The position numbers and the translations under genes were made by a program. The notes beneath the pieces were generated by a model. The model ran no database searches. It saw only the letters and a list, made by a program, of their open reading frames with translations, and was not told the DNA's origin. This document shows, piece after piece, positions 27,055-40,600 of a stretch of 64,000 nt of DNA. The first letter of the stretch is position 1; each line of letters starts with the position of its first letter. The stretch comes from Balanoglossus misakiensis (Eukaryota; Animalia; Hemichordata). The stretch spans positions 4,074,831 to 4,138,830 of the forward strand of contig CM082578.2 in NCBI GenBank assembly GCA_040954595.2, in the 5' to 3' direction.

Positions 27055-28596
27055 TCATGATATTTGACCAAAATTAGACAAAGTAGTAGTTGCAGTAGAA
27101 ATACACTTCACCGAAGCGAGGGATTTCTTCGACACAAATCCCACCAGATATGGAACCCAAGAAAACGCACCTGAGAATGCGTGTGGACATTCCGACTCCT
27201 AACAAATAAAACAAAACAAACCAAAACATACATCGTTAATATTCAGGCACAAAATATAATATATAAACGTTAATATCGCAAATTTCTGGTCGTGTGAGAA
27301 AAAGAATCTCACACACTCGTCGGGATATTTTGTTGGGGATTTTTTGTCCCACACGAGCCAGCAAAAAATCCCCAACTCGTGTGAGAAATACGATCCCAGG
27401 TCCTTGGGAGTGTGAGATTATATTAATCACTTATTTTATATCCCCAACACATATGCAATTTGAGAGCAACATGAATGTGTCCAGAACGGTCCAGAATATA
27501 AAAAAAAATCATGAGAAGCTGTGCATGATCCAAGATGTACATACCTTACAATGAAAAAGACCAATTCCGTTGGCATAATTTATCACATCGCAACTCTGAC
27601 AACTGGAGATCAACTCGCTTCCATTCCCAGGACCCTGCATCCAATTAAATGAATAGGTCGGGTACACGATTAGCCAAACGTATATTGCGCTTTTGTATCT
27701 TATCCAAACTTGCGTAAATGATTCAGACACCAACGTTACCTTTAATATGAATGTTTGTCGCTTTCTCGAAACATGGACATTGCCCCCGTAGAGACCAGTC
27801 TTTCGAATATGTAGTACCCTACAAAAACAGTATGTATGGATGATGGCAAATCGGGAGCCTTACTATCATTGATTATAAACAGCCAGTATACGACATAATA
27901 CATAGCTGTTGACTTACCATATCAAGTTCCTCTAAATCAGAAGGGTGCTCTCCAGACAATACAACGACTAAACGGCGAATGTCACTCTTTAAATCCAAAG
28001 CGTACGAAAATGAACTCCGACTTCTTTCCTCTACATTGACGCCATTCATTTTGGCTACCAGCTCCGACGGGCACATGTTTCCTATACCGCCACATTCTAA
28101 GTAAGTCAAACCGTCCTCTGCATTGACGTCTATGTTGCATTTATTACAAGAGAGATCGTCGATCACGCCATTTTCTCTTTTCAGCAGGGCTCCACTCACA
28201 TGAATTGAAAATGACAAGGCTATTTCTGTGATAAGAAACCGTCGAAGTGTCTAAGATAAGAAACAGATAGTTAAATTGTCTCCCCCGTGTATGGAATGAC
28301 GTATTAAATATTAGTGATTATACTCTTACAAAGCCTGGGGTATGGCTTGCATGTGTTATCAGCTACACAGAAAACTGAACAAGAAACCCTTTATCTATTT
28401 TTCTGCAATCCAGATGGTAACATATATCCAATATGCCCTACGCTCTAAAAGTCCCTCCCACACATGACAAAAAAATATCAGCGTGAAGTCATTAATTAAG
28501 TCATAGATAATAAAATTTGGGGGTACAATTTGATCAAATCCTCATTCACATATGAATATTACTAGTATGTTCCACTTGAAAATGCACACTTACCAT
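27055..28596 (-). CDS. Small secreted cysteine-rich protein, paralog 2 (last exon frameshifted; possible pseudogene or null allele)
   Basis: Exons 28596-28594, 28250-27918, 27634-27545 and 27198-27055. A 22 bp deletion after SWVP shifts the frame. The ancestral frame (ISGGICVEEIPRFGEVYFYCNYYFV*) is still visible, with its stop at 27074-27076. Confidence 0.8.
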
Positions 28597-29512
28597 ATTG
28601 TTCATAACGACTGCCCACTGTAAGCTTTGTCCTCGATTAATTCTTGAAACAAAGTGCCCATAATTTTATTAATAAACATGTACAACATATTGTAATCGGG
28701 TCAACCAAACTATTTTTATACGGACTTTTTTTGTCGGGAAAAACACGGGGTCGTGATACAGTTATATGCAAAGATCAGTGTGGAGTAGTTTATGCAGACG
28801 ATAAACTGAGTTTGACACACCAATTAAAAACAAATGAAATAAATTTTGCCAAGACAAAACTACATGTTTTGTTTTTATTATGATTTTACAATACATTCCT
28901 GTGAAACGTATTGTTATCAGGTGAACCGTGTTATTTTTGTAGTGAGAGTATATTTTTTCCTGACAGGAAAACATTTTCACGTGGTGGATCATATTTGTTC
29001 ATGTGTGGGAGAATTCCATATGTGTGTGCGGTTCATCAGCAAAAAACACCCTTTTGTAACACTGTACTGTAGTGTGCATCTATATATGATAACCCCAATA
29101 TGCTATATATCGTAGGATAAAGAGAAGCGGATTGAGAAATGTAACCCTGGCAACAAGAAAACCCCTTAAGCTTGATTTCATTATCTGCAGACCACGTGAC
29201 GTAATGCACGTTTGCATTATTTATCCCACTCATTGTCCTAAGGTATTGGTCTTCTGCAAATATTCGATCTCTGTGATAGTCACATCATGGGAGAGGTAGG
29301 GTACGCTTTGCCAATTTCTCTGGACAGAAAGGAAACATTGCAAACAAATGAAATATTTGCCAAGAGACTATCTCTTGTTTTTATTGTGATTTTTCAGTAC
29401 AGTCCCAAGAAACACTGTAAAGTCTAGTTAAAATATGTCATGAACTTTAAAGTTGACATAAGCATGCTTATTTTCAACAGTCCACTCTTTCGTCAAGATA
29501 ACTGACCACAAA

Positions 29513-30803
29513 CTAGGCGACATAGAAATTGCAGTAGCAGTATAATTCACCGGAGCGAATTTCCTCGAGACAGGTTCCAGCAGACATGGACGTGGTAACT
29601 GGTTTGAATGGAACCCAGGAAAAGGGACCCGAGAATGTGTCGTGACACAGGGATTTCTGAAGATAAAACCAAAACATCAATCGTCACTCTTCAGACACAA
29701 AACATAACGCGGACCGTTTTGGGGAATAATTCGGAATTATTAAGACTATATTAAACGAAAAGAATTTCTATGAAAAGTCAAGTCTTATAAATCGATTAAG
29801 CGATGTGACAAGATAAAACTTGCAATATATTGAGGTTATCCATTATCACCCTGCATCTATGCAATGTACATGGCGATCTATGTGTTCCGGCCCTGCTAGC
29901 TATACAACAACAAAAACCTGAAAAAACATGTATGGTGCCGAACATACATACCTTACAATGAAAAAGGTTAATTCCGTTAGTATACAATATCACTTCGCAA
30001 GTGTGGCAGCTGGATATCAGCTGTTTTCCGTCCCCAGGGCCCTGTATTCAATAGAATAGGGTACAGGATTAGCTAAAAGGATGAACAAAAATTTCTTCAC
30101 TGTATTTATTGTGAAATGATGAAGCCCGTAGACTTGGAGCAAAAGTATGTTAGCTTGTGGATGGTGTCCAAATTCCGAGAATGGGCAATTATTGTCAGCT
30201 GACGACTATAACACGTGCAGTTTTTGACTTACCAGATCAAGATCTTCAGTGGGGTGCTGACCAGATAATAAAACGTGTAAACGGTTATTCCCAGTTGAAT
30301 CCAAAGCGAACGAGGTCGAGCTCCGACTTCTTTCCTCTGTAAGCCCGTCCTTAACGTCGTTCACTTTGGCCACATGCTCCGAGGGACACGGGTTTCCTAC
30401 GACACAGTCCAAGTAATACACTCCGTCATTCGCATTAACGTCAACTTTGCATTTATCACAGGAGAGATCATTGACACCATTTTCTCTTTTCAGCAGGGCG
30501 CCATCTGCATTCATGGACAGTAACACAGCTACTGCTGCGGCCAGAAGACTTGGAAATTTCTAGATAGAAAACAGACAATTTCAGATTCGTCTCCCCACTA
30601 TTCATTTTGTTACAAATATCGATCCTTATTCTGTCATATTGGCATTACAAATGTTTTAAGCTAGATAGAAAGCTACAGGTCTATAAGAAATATTTTATCC
30701 GTTTTATGCAGTCAAGATGGTTATTACATGTCCATGCCCTATTCGCTAATAATCCCATCCACATACCACAAAAGGTATAAGAAAGAAAATATACACTTAC
30801 CAT
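29513..30803 (-). CDS. Small secreted cysteine-rich protein, paralog 3 (~187 aa)
   Basis: Exons 30803-30801, 30559-30233, 30041-29952 and 29656-29513. MKFPSLLAAAVAVLLSMNADGALLKR...GTCLEEIRSGELYCYCNFYVA*. Confidence 0.87.
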
Positions 30804-31588
30804 GATGTTCATATCAGGAACGATTGCACACTGTAAGCTTTGCCCTCGCTTTCTTTAAACAAAGTGCCTTGTAACTGTATTATTAAACATGTAAACCATA
30901 TTGTAATCAGGTCAACCAAAATTATTTTTTGCACGGACTCGTGCCAGGAATCATAAGGTCGTGGTAGATATGCGTATAGTTGAAGCAGCTCACGTATACA
31001 TGTACAGCTCTTTAAGTCAGTAAGGTATTGTAATATACTTGAATATTATTCAAGTACTATAAAAAAAACTCAGTGGCGCGTGGACGTGTCATTTTACATA
31101 TTGATATAAAGTATTAATATAAAGGGGTTTCCTTTGACAAAACATTGAGAACAATTCGGCAATTTAAACGTTTATGTGAAGAGCAAGGTTGCAATTAACT
31201 AGTTCTCAATTATTTATCCGAGTTATTTTACTATCACCTACTATCACCTTTCTCTCTAAGTATAGAAATAACAATCAAAAAATTCATTCACCGTCCTCCT
31301 TACATGTTTTGTTTGCCAAGAAAAACGCTGAAAATTCTACAGCTCTTTTCCATCGCTCTAGCGCCAGTACCAGCATCTCTCTCCATGCACGATGCACGCG
31401 ACATAAAACAATGGAATGTATTCAGTGATATTTGCCAGTAAAATAATTTTAGCGTTCTATAATTTGCAAGGTAGAAATACGACAGAATTCAAAATAGCTG
31501 CAACAACCGCCAAACTAGAAACAATATATTTCTTTGATACCAACAACGCGTTATCTCTAAAATTGTAACAACGTCACAATTGTGGGTA

Positions 31589-31930
31589 CCTTAAATAGGT
31601 TTTCACTTTGCGCTAGAGGGTCAAATCCCATTGCATTCTGGTCGAAAATTCGACAACCCACTGTAGTAAGAGATAGAAGAAATGATATGTTTACTGTACT
31701 TCATGACTTCCTTGGGTCAAACATGTCTGTCTTTGTAGTTACCATATTAAACTCATTAAAAAATTTTCACATTTTGTTATTTTTTCTATTAAAAAGTTTC
31801 AGAATGACCCATCATCACTTTAGCTTATGAACTCCTATTCCTTAAACATGGCAAAAATCGGCCATCTTGAAATTGTGTCGACCATGTGATATTTTTATCA
31901 CCCACCTAGGTAGCCAAAACCTATTTAAGG
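31589..31930. mobile_element. MITE ~340 bp with CCTTAAATAGG TIRs (second copy at 58372-58710)
   Basis: ccttaaataggttt...aaacctatttaagg. The interior matches the reverse complement of 58372-58710. Confidence 0.75.
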
Positions 31931-32434
31931 TCGGGAGAATTTAGTAGACAAAGAGGCGCCCCCCCCCATCCCAATTGCGCAGTTGAAGTAGTGCGTGTTG
32001 AGAGAGACGTGAACAGAAAGGGGTAGAAGATTCGAGCACGGGCGAGGAGAGTTGTTTAGCGTGTTGAACGCTGCTCTATGAAGCTCGTAGTTACCTTCTG
32101 ACCGGGACATTTACGCTTGAACGGACTGGGTTCCCCCGCTGAACAGCCGACTGCTAAAAACTAACCGTAGTTCAAGTTCCAAGACTTTCAGAGAAGTATT
32201 GCGATTAGCCCACCTGGTCAAACAGATTACGCAGATAAACTACCAACGCTTCCAACCATTAGTTAAACAGTGCATGACGACCACTCCCAAATAAACTATC
32301 GTACAACTGATAACATAGTCACATTTACTAACCAAGAATTAACGTAGCAAAAATTACTGATTACGTAGTAATTTTTCCTGACCAATAACGTAGTAAAATT
32401 TTAGATAACGTATCAATCAAAACTGATAACATTT

Positions 32435-32600
32435 CTATCCATCCATCCATCCATCCATCGATCAATAGTTCAATATCTAGATAGATCTATGAATCGACAA
32501 ACAGACAGAGAGATAAGATATATAGATAGATCACGGTTAGATAGATAGATGGATAGATAGATAGATAGATACATACATACATACAGGGTACATACATACG
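32435..32600. repeat. Compound tetranucleotide microsatellite (ATCC/GATA/CATA)
   Basis: Runs of atcc, gata and cata. Confidence 0.85.
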
Positions 32601-33777
32601 TTATTGGCTGTAACATCCCTCTCACCACCGTACTTTGGTCCAACTCCATTGTTTCAAATAGAAACGCTGCACTTTATACAGAGAAGGGGGGGGGGGTGAC
32701 AGGATTTGGGATTCTCCACCAGAACCAAGCCAACAGGGTCCACCGCCATTATATATCCCACCTCACCGTGCAGACCATGCTGATTAAGGAACATTGGAAG
32801 CGAGACAGTAGTGTCGGACTTTCAAACATCTTCAATTTATAATCTAACCTCAATAGGAAATGTTATCGATAATATTTTCAAAGTAACGGCTGTCATTTAT
32901 TTTATTTTGAGCTGATACAACCCCACCCCCTGAAAAGGGAAACCAGTCCTGGGTTGAGTTCTGATGTTTGGAGTGTCAGAATTCAGAACATTTATCTTCA
33001 TTGTATGCGGGCGATTTTTGGTGATTTTTTAACTTTGGTGCCGAGGATCACAATATTCAACATGTTTAAGATTTTTCCTCGCGGGGAAAATGACCAAAGC
33101 ACAAGAGAGAAGTTTGCTTAGCAAAAGTCCTTGAATGACTTTTTGCTGAGCAAATTTCTGTGTGCAAACACAACTACACTCTCTCACACAAACACTTAAG
33201 GTATATTTGGTAGTTTGCATTTATATTCAATTCTGGGGCACAATAACATCAATAAATGAAACATGTAAGCTGAATTCATAAATATCAAAACTATTGTTCT
33301 TTTATTTAAGACATGGTCTGCTGTTGTCTTAAAGGACTATAAAACTTCTCTTTTGTAATAAATGGTAAAAACTTTAAACATCTTTTTAAACTTTAACTTT
33401 ATGTATGTGGATGTACAAAAATGCCTTAAAATGTACTACTGTACTTTTTACATAAGACATGCTTTCATAAAAAACAAAAACTTTCACAGGGTTTAAAGCC
33501 AGTGTACAAAAATGGTACAATGTGCCATAAACAGAAACACTAATGGCAACACACCTATGACTTGTCAAACTGATGTTACATGGATCATCATTTTTTGTAA
33601 CGCTTGAATTCACAGGATTTCTACGATAACGTTAGATGAATGATTATCAAGTGGGACATATTATTTTTGTTCTGCTCAAAGCCATTGGTGTATATCAGTT
33701 TATAATTCTGAACTGTTACCCAACCCGGCAAAACTTCAACACCCTTTACCCCATTAGGAGTTTGTGGAAAAGATGCT

Positions 33778-34125
33778 TTAAAGGGACAAAGTCTCTCTCT
33801 CGCTGCCCTTTTTTCCATTCATTATGTTTGATACAAGAAAATGTTATTCTACATGAAGATATAGTGAATCAACGTTCAACCACACACAACTTCCATCCCG
33901 TTTGTAGGATATGAGAGTTAAAATCTCGCAAAAATGAATAAATGGTAAACACCAATTATTCATTTTGGCGAGTTTTTCACACTCGTGTCTGCAAGTGGGA
34001 TGAAAGTTGTGTGTGATCGAACGTTGATTCACTATATATCCACCTGTAGAATAACATAAATGGTGTATTGTATCAAGCATAATTAATGGGAAAAGGGCAG
34101 CAAGAGAGAGACTTTGTCCCTTTAA
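33778..34125. mobile_element. TTAA-flanked hairpin MITE (~345 bp; Kolobok-like inferred), copy 1
   Basis: TTAA-agggacaaagtctctctctcgctgccc...gggcagcaagagagagactttgtccct-TTAA. Confidence 0.85.
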
Positions 34126-34628
34126 GTGCCTGGGCATCAATGATCAATTCTGTGAGTTTTGTAGCAAAACACCTGGTGATTTACTATTGTGAGTTGAAAT
34201 TTCTCTCCCCGTATTTAAGACACCCCAGAATGGATTATTTTACCTAGCCTTTGGCCCCTTCAATGAAAACTGACATGATGTGACTAAAATTCCAACACAG
34301 AAAGAGGTATGTTGCCATCCTTATGACAGTCAATGTGTATATACCAGAAAGGTTTACTAAACTTCTAAGATGAAACAAAACTACTTCAGCAAACATCAAA
34401 ACATTGAAACTTTTGGTAAAAAGGGGAAAACAACCCTTGTTATCAGACTGGACCTCTCGAGGCACAAAAAGAAGTGATTGGAATCAATATCAAAATGTAA
34501 TGCCATAAACAGATAAATACATGTCACAAATGGTCTTACTACCGGTACATGAAGTATCTTTCACACTTGTTTTGACTTGTTACCGTTATTCTAAACGTCA
34601 CGTCAGCCCCCAACGTTGTTAGAAGTGT

Positions 34629-37600
34629 CTACACATCGCAAGCATAATACTCTTTGAGGGGTGACAATAATCGCTTGACAAGAGGCAAACTCCAGGCTGT
34701 ACACAGTAAGTGCTGTTGGACGTCTTCATCCAGGGTATCAACGTCTGCGTAGTGTTCTGGAAAACCAAACAACCTGTACGGATGCAACAGAAAATACGGG
34801 GACATCATCATTATAGAGGTGTCACTGCTGAAGATCTATCCTACCGGTATTGTGAGACCCTAAATGCTACTTGGTGTCCAATCTGATTAAAATCAGATGT
34901 AGGGAACGGCGACTTGGTTTTTTTATGCTGTCGCCTCACACTACATCTGACCAACTCTCAATGGAGATCCCGCTGAACTCTCGCGTTCCGACCCGGCCAA
35001 TCAGATTGCGTGTTATGCCGACTAAAGAATTGCACTGGGAGATGGGAGAAATGTTGTTGTTGACTTCGAGTATCGCACAGAATACGAAAGATTGGCTTTC
35101 TCTTGTGAACAATTACATGTAATCCCATGGTATCTTTCTTTGTTTGGCGTCATCGTATGCGAGTGGTTTTCGTAGAGCAGTGAAACGTCGAGCTGTAGCC
35201 ATATACAAATGATGAACTGTCGTTGATCATTTATAAACTCTCCTAACAAGTCATGTTCGCCCTCGTATAGTCGTAGTCATGCTGCCTGTCGGGAAAATGA
35301 CGTACTTCATGTAAAAGTTTATAAAAAATAAACCAAATTTCACTGCCATGTATCCCAAAACAATTTATGTGACATATTTTTAAAAAGAACGCTAACTTCG
35401 GCTAAGGAATGTCAAGTCAATGCTCCGCGTTCAGGTCTGTGTGTTCCCGACGCACCACAGCCCTGCATAAGGCCCCATAGACAAAACTGGTGCGTCTGCA
35501 GTCCGGACCCGGACGCCCGACCGCAGCTTTTTCTGTCGAAATTCGATTTTATCGAAGCAAAATCCTTTCCCTGTCTACTTCAACCGACCCCAAATATGAT
35601 GCGATTAACTTCTCCTAACGTCCGTGTAACGCCGGGAACACACAGACCTACACGCAGAGCTAGTCAAGTCAGTGCACTCTCGTGTATACAAACGATCGTG
35701 GCGACAGAATCTCTCCCTGGGACGGCCTTGCACAAATGTAATCGATTCTCTAACAATTTTACTGCGACTTGTTGCCACGTCTTATACATTTCATTGACCA
35801 GTGGAATATAGAGGTTCATTCGTCACGCTGAACTGGCTCGAAATCATTCCCCACGCTGATTCGACTCTCGCGCCCGGGATATATGTCTGTGGTAGCTCCA
35901 TGGTAACAACCGAAAGGGGCCAGGTCATGTGATTGTGGGTTGCCTATCGTTTGCTATAAGGAGCCTTCTGATTGGATTAGATTCCCAGTAATTCTCGTAG
36001 AGTTCAGCGAGATCTCCATTGAGAGTTGGTCAGATGTAGTGTGAGGCGACAGCATAAAAAAACCAAGTCGCCGTTCCCTACATCTGATTTTAATCAGATT
36101 GCTTGGTGTCATACCTGTTTAGAGTGTCAAGTCCCTTAACATACGTATTTGCCACTTTTTCTTCTGAAACATATTTTGACTGTCTTGACATGGCTCTCAT
36201 ACGTACTTAGACACACTTGGCAGTCTGAGCCCCCTGTAAAATGTACCAAATCGCACTAATTTGCACTGTATTGGTCTGAGGGTCTTGTATATTGGTCCTA
36301 CTGATTAACACACACTTGGCAGTCTAACAGGCCTGGGAGCCACGATTCTAGGCACCCTGGAAATCAAACCAGTTTCAACTGACTTGGCAGCATTAGGGTT
36401 AATGGAGACACAATTTTTTTTTCAAGAATCCTATAGAATCACAGACTTTACAATACTTTAAAGACCTTCACAAAGGAGCTTATGTTACACTTTTTTCTGT
36501 CTGTCAATCTGTCCGTGTCATCATTATCCCCAGGCTAAACAGATTTGAAGCAAACCTGGTGGACAGTAATTGATTTGGAATGGCCAGACATGATTAGATT
36601 GTCATGGCTGTGGTTTGCATAACATTATCGAAGACCAAACCTCTTTAATGAAGGTTATCTACTACGGGGCGACGGCTTGGAATTACTGAATAAAGACTGA
36701 CTACTATTGAGGGATTACACAAGAAAAAGTCTACACCGGAGTACATGGCCATGTACAGACAGACAGACACACACACACACACACATAGAGAGAGATCAAT
36801 GGGCAAACACCCCATAAGCTGCCAATGGCATATGTACTGTACATACACTAAATAGAACAGCTGGTCTCTTAAGAAGTTAGCCAGTTATGTAATCATGCAG
36901 GAATTTGCTGTGTATACAAATCTCAGGAGGGGGTTCCTGCCTATAATTACAAAGAACTCAATAAAGTAAATACACACCACTTTGCAAAGCAATCTGACCA
37001 GTAGTTCTCGAGTTACTGAGTTTTGACCAAATTCACATTTTTCCAGCTAATTTGCATATTTTTGGCAATGACAACTTCATTTGAACAAACTCCTATCTAC
37101 AGCCCAGCCTGCATCTGCACACCAAATATCAAGGTGATACACGCAGTGGTTTTCAAGTTTTTGATGTTGACGGACATACAGACATCCATCCATCCATACA
37201 GACGCAACTGATCCCATGGTATAAACCAATGGGACCTACAAATCTCACGATCGACTGTCTATATTGCCAAGCAATTTGAACGGAGTATTCACAATTCTGT
37301 AATGTAAAAGAAACATTCACTACTAATCTATTAAGACTTGATAAAATACAATTCTTCGATATCAAATGACGTCAGACGCGATCAGGTGGCAGTTGCGTTG
37401 GCATTCAAATTTCCAGATGACGGGCAACTTCAGCAACATGAACTTACATGGTGCAGGCAAAGACTGTGCAGATGAAACGCCATGAGACTGATGAGGCACC
37501 ATACCTGAATACATGTTACATGTCTGGCAGTTCTAAAGTAAAAACATACTCGGAAAAACTTTTATTGGATGCCGAAATATTGCTTGTCCGTCATCTGGAA

Positions 37601-40600
37601 ATGACAACGCCGTGGGTCACATGGCCAGATCACGTGATTGATAGTACAGAATATTGAAGCAAAAAACCCCCTGTGGGTTACACACTAGATTTGGATTATT
37701 ATTCTCATTTGAGCACCACATGCATACCTTTCAAACTCTATGTTCCATAATTCATCATATTCATCCCCAACTTTCACGGGCAAGTTCACCTTTCCAACCT
37801 CCCTTGCATAAGACTTGGTCACGATTGTTTGCAGCTGGTCGACCTGTGGGCAAAGATCAAATGAACAAGGTGGGTATTGATTCAAGGTTGTAACTCCAGC
37901 AACAAACATAGGTCAAACTCTAACGGGAATGCACACGCACCTAAAATGTTAACATAAAAATACCTAAATTAGGGTCAAGATGGACAATGGCGGTTGCATA
38001 ATATGGGGATTATTTTCCACACGGCTTTTGTACAACAAGTACATGTAGTTCAAGTCCAGTGTTATTTCCAAGGGGTTGTACTGTCTGCCTACCCATGAAC
38101 CTCCAGTCTTTTCCAGGTTAACTTCAGCATTTGAAGCATTTTCGTACAGCTGCAGGCATGATATAAATCTTTGACTGGTGGGGCCCTATGCCCCTCAAGG
38201 CCAAAAATGTCTGGTTATTTTAAGAAAGAATGGGGTCATACCAAAATCAATTGTCTAATAACACAGAATGCACTTATTACATACCAATATGTAAGACCCC
38301 ACATAGACCCGATCTGAGACCATATTCTGAGAGTCTCAAATGTGAGTAAATGCTATCTGAGACCGCATTTGAGACTGCTTTGGAGACTCTCAGATACAAT
38401 GTAAACTGCAATTGAGACCGTATTGGAGATCGCTTTTGAGACTCTCAGCTTGCGTTTAAATGCTAATTGAGAGTGTACATGTAACAATCAACAACACACA
38501 ACATTGCCCATAATCAATGAAAGTATCGCGTCTGTATCACGTATAACTTAACTCCTCACGAGACTTCAATTCACTGTCTTGCTGTCCGATATCGCGATGA
38601 AGTTCAGTGCTAAGCGTTTGTTAGCGGAATCTGCTACACAAGAGTGTTTCCTGACAAATCGAAAGAGGAAACTTTGTGTCGCTCCCCCGAAAACTGACGA
38701 ATGATTTTTGCATGCATGTACACACACGATCGATACCTGCCATGATTCAACACTGCCACACACACACTTGTACTTTATTCACTCAAAAGAAAACAACAAG
38801 CTATGGTACTAGTATTTACATTTAAATCAGTGATAAAGAAACAGTCGGTGGTTACTAGTTGATTGCAAATAGACTGGTGAATACAAATACTAAAAGAGAA
38901 ACTCGCAAAAATTTCCCAGCCTAAAAAGAATCCCGTTTTACAGTAGCTTATCTTATAATAGGGTACTGCACACAATTTAACGTCGGTGACACAAAGATCT
39001 ATCTAGTGAGATTGACATGTGTATAAAACAAATGATCAAAGACCCGCAAAGTCGCCCTTTTGTGGATATATATATTTTCTGTAATGCCGTACATTGACGC
39101 CCCGTTCACACATATTGTTGCCGTATTGTTGTTGAGTTTGCCGATGATACAGACTCCCAATCTCATGAATGAAAAAACAGTTCACACTTCGCATGGAAAT
39201 TGTTCTTTTCATTTTGATTCTCCGAAACCATTTGAAAAAATCATCGTTTTTTTCAATTGAGCTTCAATTTCTACCTTCCTCAGTGTGATTGTATACGCCT
39301 TGACCCCTTCACGAACTTCCACTGTTTAGGTAAGAGCAGTCATGGATAGTGGCTACGTTGCGGCGACATTCGATTCGTGACCTCATTAAACCCGACGGCA
39401 GTTGCCTCTAGTACATGTAATTCTTTCCTTACTTCTTTTAGCTTTGAAGTGACGTACGTGTTAAAACTGACCTCCTCTGGGTGGGAGTCCGTTTACAAAA
39501 TGAACAACTTTCTATAAATCTAAGATTAAAAAAGGGCAATGTAAGCCTTTATCATATAATGACAAACGTGAAACATTATTGAAAAAAAATTATTTTATTA
39601 CAACTTTAAAGCTTTTACCCAACTTTACATGTATTGTGACAGATGTTTGTATCGGCAGCGAAAAAAACTGCATTGGTATGGTCGAGTTATCGGGACCATA
39701 CTTGACAACATTTTTATTTTGTCTTACATGTAAGCCGGCCTCACTCTGCTTCGGCGATAGAGAGAGATCAATAGATCTACGATTACTATAGTAACCGTTG
39801 ACACGTCCTAGCGTCTACGTATAACACTACCACGTCATTCACTCAACTCTTTTGTCGGCCCCGGAAACAAAGTTGCCCGTGAGTTAGTTCATTGTTCCAC
39901 GGTCGACGCGTGGGTCATGGAGTGACTTGATCGTTTATTACAATGTCAAGTCATAGTACAAGTACAATTACTAGTAACTTCTGGTCGCCCATGTACAATT
40001 ATACTCATCGTATGTTATAACCGACGCCCGGTATTCGGGCTATGTCTGTACGTTTTGAGATAATTACTAGTAGATAGATCTAATATCTTAAAAAAGGACA
40101 CACAGCACGACATTTCACCGCACCGCGCTGTCGGTCGCTCCGATCTGCATGATGTACGTGAGCTCTCTACAGATCGTGTCGCGCACCATTCGCCCTTGTA
40201 AAAACTTGACGCCCTCGTTTGAAAGCTGAGAAAATGTCCTATCTTATAGTCAGAACCGATTACAAAACATTCAACTCCAATATATGAGATGATGTCCAGT
40301 ACGGCATGCACAACTTTTGAGAGACCGTGGAAGAATTAACATCTCGATCGCCATAAAGGCTGGGTGTTAGGTCATCTTTATTACTGTAACTTCTGTTGGC
40401 TCGATATGACGAAGTTGACGGTCTCAATTAGCATTTAAACGCAAGCTGAGAGTCTCAAAAGCGATCTCCAATACGGTCTCAATTGCAGTTTACATTGTAT
40501 CTGAGAGTCTCCAAAGCAGTCTCAAATGCAGTCTCAGATAGCATTTACTCACATTTGAGACTCTCAGAATATGGTCTCAGATCGGGTCTATGTGGGGTCT

